A stretch of 46,497 nucleotides of DNA. Source: a virus. Location of the stretch: UHGV virus genome UHGV-1364979. One strand, written 5' to 3'. The notes under the pieces were generated by a model that ran no database searches, was not told where the DNA came from, and was given only the letters and a program-made list of their open reading frames with translations. Of the stretch, positions 43,958 through 46,497 are shown in pieces. Position numbers and translations under genes: made by a program. Position 1 is the stretch's first letter; each line of letters starts with the position of its first letter.

Positions 43958-45940
43958 ATGGCTACTACCCCAACTAGCAACCCAATCCCTTCTGAAGACC
44001 CGCGTGACCTGAAGTTTAACGCCGGGAAGATTGATGAAGAGGTTAACGGAAGCGCTGATTACTACACCGACCGATTCGGCGTGCAGAGGCTGACTAATAC
44101 CGGAAGGAATAACCAGTTCCAGGCAGCTCAGACTCAAAGGGAGTCTGATTTTCAGCAATTCCTCTTAAACTCTGGTTACCAGTTTTTAGGAGACTATGAA
44201 AATGGGCCGTATACAATTGCCGCTCGTAATCAGATTATTCGTTATCAGAATGAATTCTGGCGTTTAAATGCGGCCACTAACCCACCATACACAACCACTG
44301 GTGTTAATAGTACGTCATGGGCTACCGATGTTACGCATTTGGTGAGCGTTGGTGATGCTAATTTGAGGCAGGAATTATCTTCCTCTGTAATACCGGGGAC
44401 TTCATTAGTAACCCACTCTGATGGTATACATCTCGATGATTATATAGAGATTTTTAACAGAAGAACTAAGTTTATAATGCCGGAGGATTTCCCAGGCACT
44501 GACACAGAGCAGCTCCAGTCGGCGCTATCTTATGCGAAGTCCAACAGAGTCAATGTGGTGTTACAGGCTGGGAAAACCTATTATGTAACCGGGTCGCAAG
44601 GGTTGGAAGTAGATTTAGGGTACTATTCTTTCGAGAGCCCCAATGGCATTGCCTATATTGACTTTACTGGTTGTACGGCCACTTACTGCTTGTGGGTCCA
44701 TTCCAGCCGACCGTATCCTGATGGGTCGGAGAACCACTGTACATCCATGCGCGGTATAAAATTTAAAAGCTCGGTCAAAGGTATTGGTCAGCGGTTGCTG
44801 CTAACTGGAAACAATAACGATTCCAGTAACGGCACCTACAATGGTGATTGTAAGATAGAAAACTGTATGTTTTCTACCGCTGACATTGTTTTAGGGGCCT
44901 CTAACAGTACCTGGAGATACAAATTCATTAATTGCGGATTTATGATGGAGTCAACTGGAGGCACATATGCGATGCACTTCCCGGCTGGCATTTCGGACTC
45001 TGGAGAGTCAGTTACTTTCCAAAATTGCAAAATATTCGACATGAAAGGATGCCCGATACTTGTTGAATGCGCAAGTTTTGCCATTGGGATGCCTGGCACG
45101 TCGGTATTGAATACCCCGATTAAGATAACTGGTAACGGTGCCATGGTCATCTTGGATTCGGCAGCTAATATTGAAAATCCAGGGGCGTCAGCGTGGTATC
45201 GCTACGGGGAAGTAACAGGAATTGCGGCGCGACTCATCCTTAATGGGTGTACACTTGTGTGTAACAACCCGTCGCTGCAAACGAGACCACTATTCTACGT
45301 TGGGGCAAACGCCTTCATCGATGTAACTCTTGTTAAAACACCAGGAAATGATTATCTCTTTCAGAATGGAGACGAAGGATTAAGAACTTTCGTTGAGGGA
45401 GATGGGTATGTTACCGCAAGTCATTGTATAGGAGATATCTTGTCCGGGGTGGGAAATATTCCACTCCATAAATCCCTTAACCCAACATTGAATCCCGGAT
45501 TTGAGGCAGGGAATTTATCATCGTGGACATTTAATAATCAGGGTTCTACCAGTCAAACATGTGTAATTGGTACAGAATATAAGAAAACAGGCACTTATGG
45601 TGCGAGAATGACATCGTTCGGGTCGTTAAGTTGCTTCTTAGATCAAAAGGTAAAAGTAACACAGCATGGTTATTACTCTACAACATGTCAAATCAATACA
45701 ATAACGGCTGGAACAGGAACAACAGCAGGGGCGTTAACCGTTACATTTTACGATAGGGCTGGCAACCCACTCCAATCAGGTGCAAGTAGTAATTTTACTA
45801 ACACCCCGAGCGGATGGCAATCTGTAGGACGGTTCATACAGGGTCGCGTGCCACAAGCCGCTGAGTACTGCGAAGTATCTATCCGCTGCCGTGAAGGTGC
45901 GGTGATCGACGTCGATAATTTCATTATTAATTTTACATAG
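43958..45940 (+). CDS. tail fibre / tailspike with beta-helix enzymatic-type domain and C-terminal carbohydrate-binding-like domain
   Basis: Conserved N-terminal anchor MATTPTSNPIPSEDPRDLKFNAGKID. Middle with repeated hydrophobic rungs. C-terminal 150 aa of galactose-binding-like type. Confidence 0.7.
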   Translation: MATTPTSNPIPSEDPRDLKFNAGKIDEEVNGSADYYTDRFGVQRLTNTGRNNQFQAAQTQRESDFQQFLLNSGYQFLGDYENGPYTIAARNQIIRYQNEFWRLNAATNPPYTTTGVNSTSWATDVTHLVSVGDANLRQELSSSVIPGTSLVTHSDGIHLDDYIEIFNRRTKFIMPEDFPGTDTEQLQSALSYAKSNRVNVVLQAGKTYYVTGSQGLEVDLGYYSFESPNGIAYIDFTGCTATYCLWVHSSRPYPDGSENHCTSMRGIKFKSSVKGIGQRLLLTGNNNDSSNGTYNGDCKIENCMFSTADIVLGASNSTWRYKFINCGFMMESTGGTYAMHFPAGISDSGESVTFQNCKIFDMKGCPILVECASFAIGMPGTSVLNTPIKITGNGAMVILDSAANIENPGASAWYRYGEVTGIAARLILNGCTLVCNNPSLQTRPLFYVGANAFIDVTLVKTPGNDYLFQNGDEGLRTFVEGDGYVTASHCIGDILSGVGNIPLHKSLNPTLNPGFEAGNLSSWTFNNQGSTSQTCVIGTEYKKTGTYGARMTSFGSLSCFLDQKVKVTQHGYYSTTCQINTITAGTGTTAGALTVTFYDRAGNPLQSGASSNFTNTPSGWQSVGRFIQGRVPQAAEYCEVSIRCREGAVIDVDNFIINFT

Positions 45941-45949
45941 AGGTGTTAA

Positions 45950-46123
45950 ATGTTAAAAGTAAATGTGTGGTTTATGACAACTGACGCTCTTCCGGTTACA
46001 GTGGAAATAGATGATGGCGGCTCATCGTTTTCCGACGAAATTGAAAAACAAGATTATGTGTTAGATTACTTAATGAACAATGGGTTTTCTGACAAAGAAG
46101 AATTGACATTTAAGATAGTTTAA
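45950..46123 (+). CDS. hypothetical 57-aa acidic protein
   Basis: SD GAGGTG 5 nt upstream. Not in the ORF track. Confidence 0.35.
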   Translation: MLKVNVWFMTTDALPVTVEIDDGGSSFSDEIEKQDYVLDYLMNNGFSDKEELTFKIV

Positions 46124-46147
46124 GGGGCTTACGCCCCTTTTATTTTA
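46123..46147. terminator. bidirectional terminator between the structural module and the leftward ssb operon
   Basis: AGGGGC ttac GCCCCT then TTTATTTT. Confidence 0.75.
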
Positions 46148-46417
46148 AATTTTTGCATTATGATTTAGCATTAATGCTAAATTTACGCAAAAATCTAGCA
46201 CCTTGCGCATTTCGTTCCATGTCCATACGGTCTTTTTGCGCTGGAAAAATTTCCAGGGGTCTAATTCAATATCACGTTCCGAATAAACATCGAAACATAA
46301 AACTTTATCATTTTTGAATTCATTTGCGATAACCAGTGTTGTATCAGGCCCTGGCATCCCGTATATGTATAAGTACGGATTACCTAAAATTACATCAACA
46401 CCATGTTCATCTTTCAT
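46145..46417 (-). CDS. hypothetical protein downstream of ssb
   Basis: ORF. ATG at 46417 with an AAGG SD. Confidence 0.45.
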   Translation of the reverse strand: MKDEHGVDVILGNPYLYIYGMPGPDTTLVIANEFKNDKVLCFDVYSERDIELDPWKFFQRKKTVWTWNEMRKVLDFCVNLALMLNHNAKI

Positions 46418-46448
46418 AGTCATATACCTTATGTTGCTTTTTGAAAAC

Positions 46449-46497
46449 TCAAAACGGAATATCATCGTCGAAATCCATCGGCGGCTCGTTTGCCGGT
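46449..46497 (-). CDS. ssb: SSB C-terminal 15 codons plus stop (...PANEPPMDFDDDIPF*), continuing in frame from 1..455
   Basis: The canonical acidic SSB tail DFDDDIPF is read on the minus strand. Its frame joins exactly with the ORF running off position 1. Confidence 0.9.
   Translation of the reverse strand, partial: PANEPPMDFDDDIPF

Overview
The window is one complete, circularly closed genome (46,497 bp) of a virulent siphophage of enterobacteria with a T1-like (Drexlerviridae-like) gene order. The ssb gene is split across the two window ends in a single reading frame (1..455 and 46449..46497, minus strand), so the sequence has no free ends. No integrase, repressor or att site is visible, so this is not a prophage. 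Layout: (1) a mostly leftward replication and recombination module at 1..7729 (SSB, Erf, a PD-(D/E)XK exonuclease, VRR-NUC, an SF2 helicase, a Zn-ribbon/TOPRIM primase, a DUF3850 protein, a P-loop protein, a standalone AP2 protein). (2) An iteron plus AT-rich origin-like region at about 7808..8110. (3) A rightward block of small early ORFs from 8191. (4) An HNH endonuclease, TerS and TerL, portal, Mu-F-like head protein, a lysis cassette placed mid-genome (endolysin, putative holin, nested spanins), protease/scaffold, major capsid protein, connector proteins, a minus-strand tRNA-Met, major tail protein, tape measure protein, lambda-like M/L/K/I-J tip genes, and a beta-helix tail fibre with a C-terminal carbohydrate-binding domain. 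The rightward structural backbone is interrupted by seven leftward accessory islands. Each island is headed by a conserved 13-mer TTGACGTAGATTG (TTGAYG-N17-TAGATT promoter geometry) and closed by a bidirectional intrinsic terminator. Genes inside the islands are chained by TAATG or ATGA stop-start overlaps. Other notable content: four AP2-domain genes (three fused to HNH), a Lar-like anti-restriction gene, a ParB-nuclease plus Ead/Ea22 island, a Cys-rich 328-aa protein island, and a 1.1-kb low-coding transcribed region upstream of the tRNA. All functional calls rest on motif-level recognition from the translated sequence; no database search was possible.
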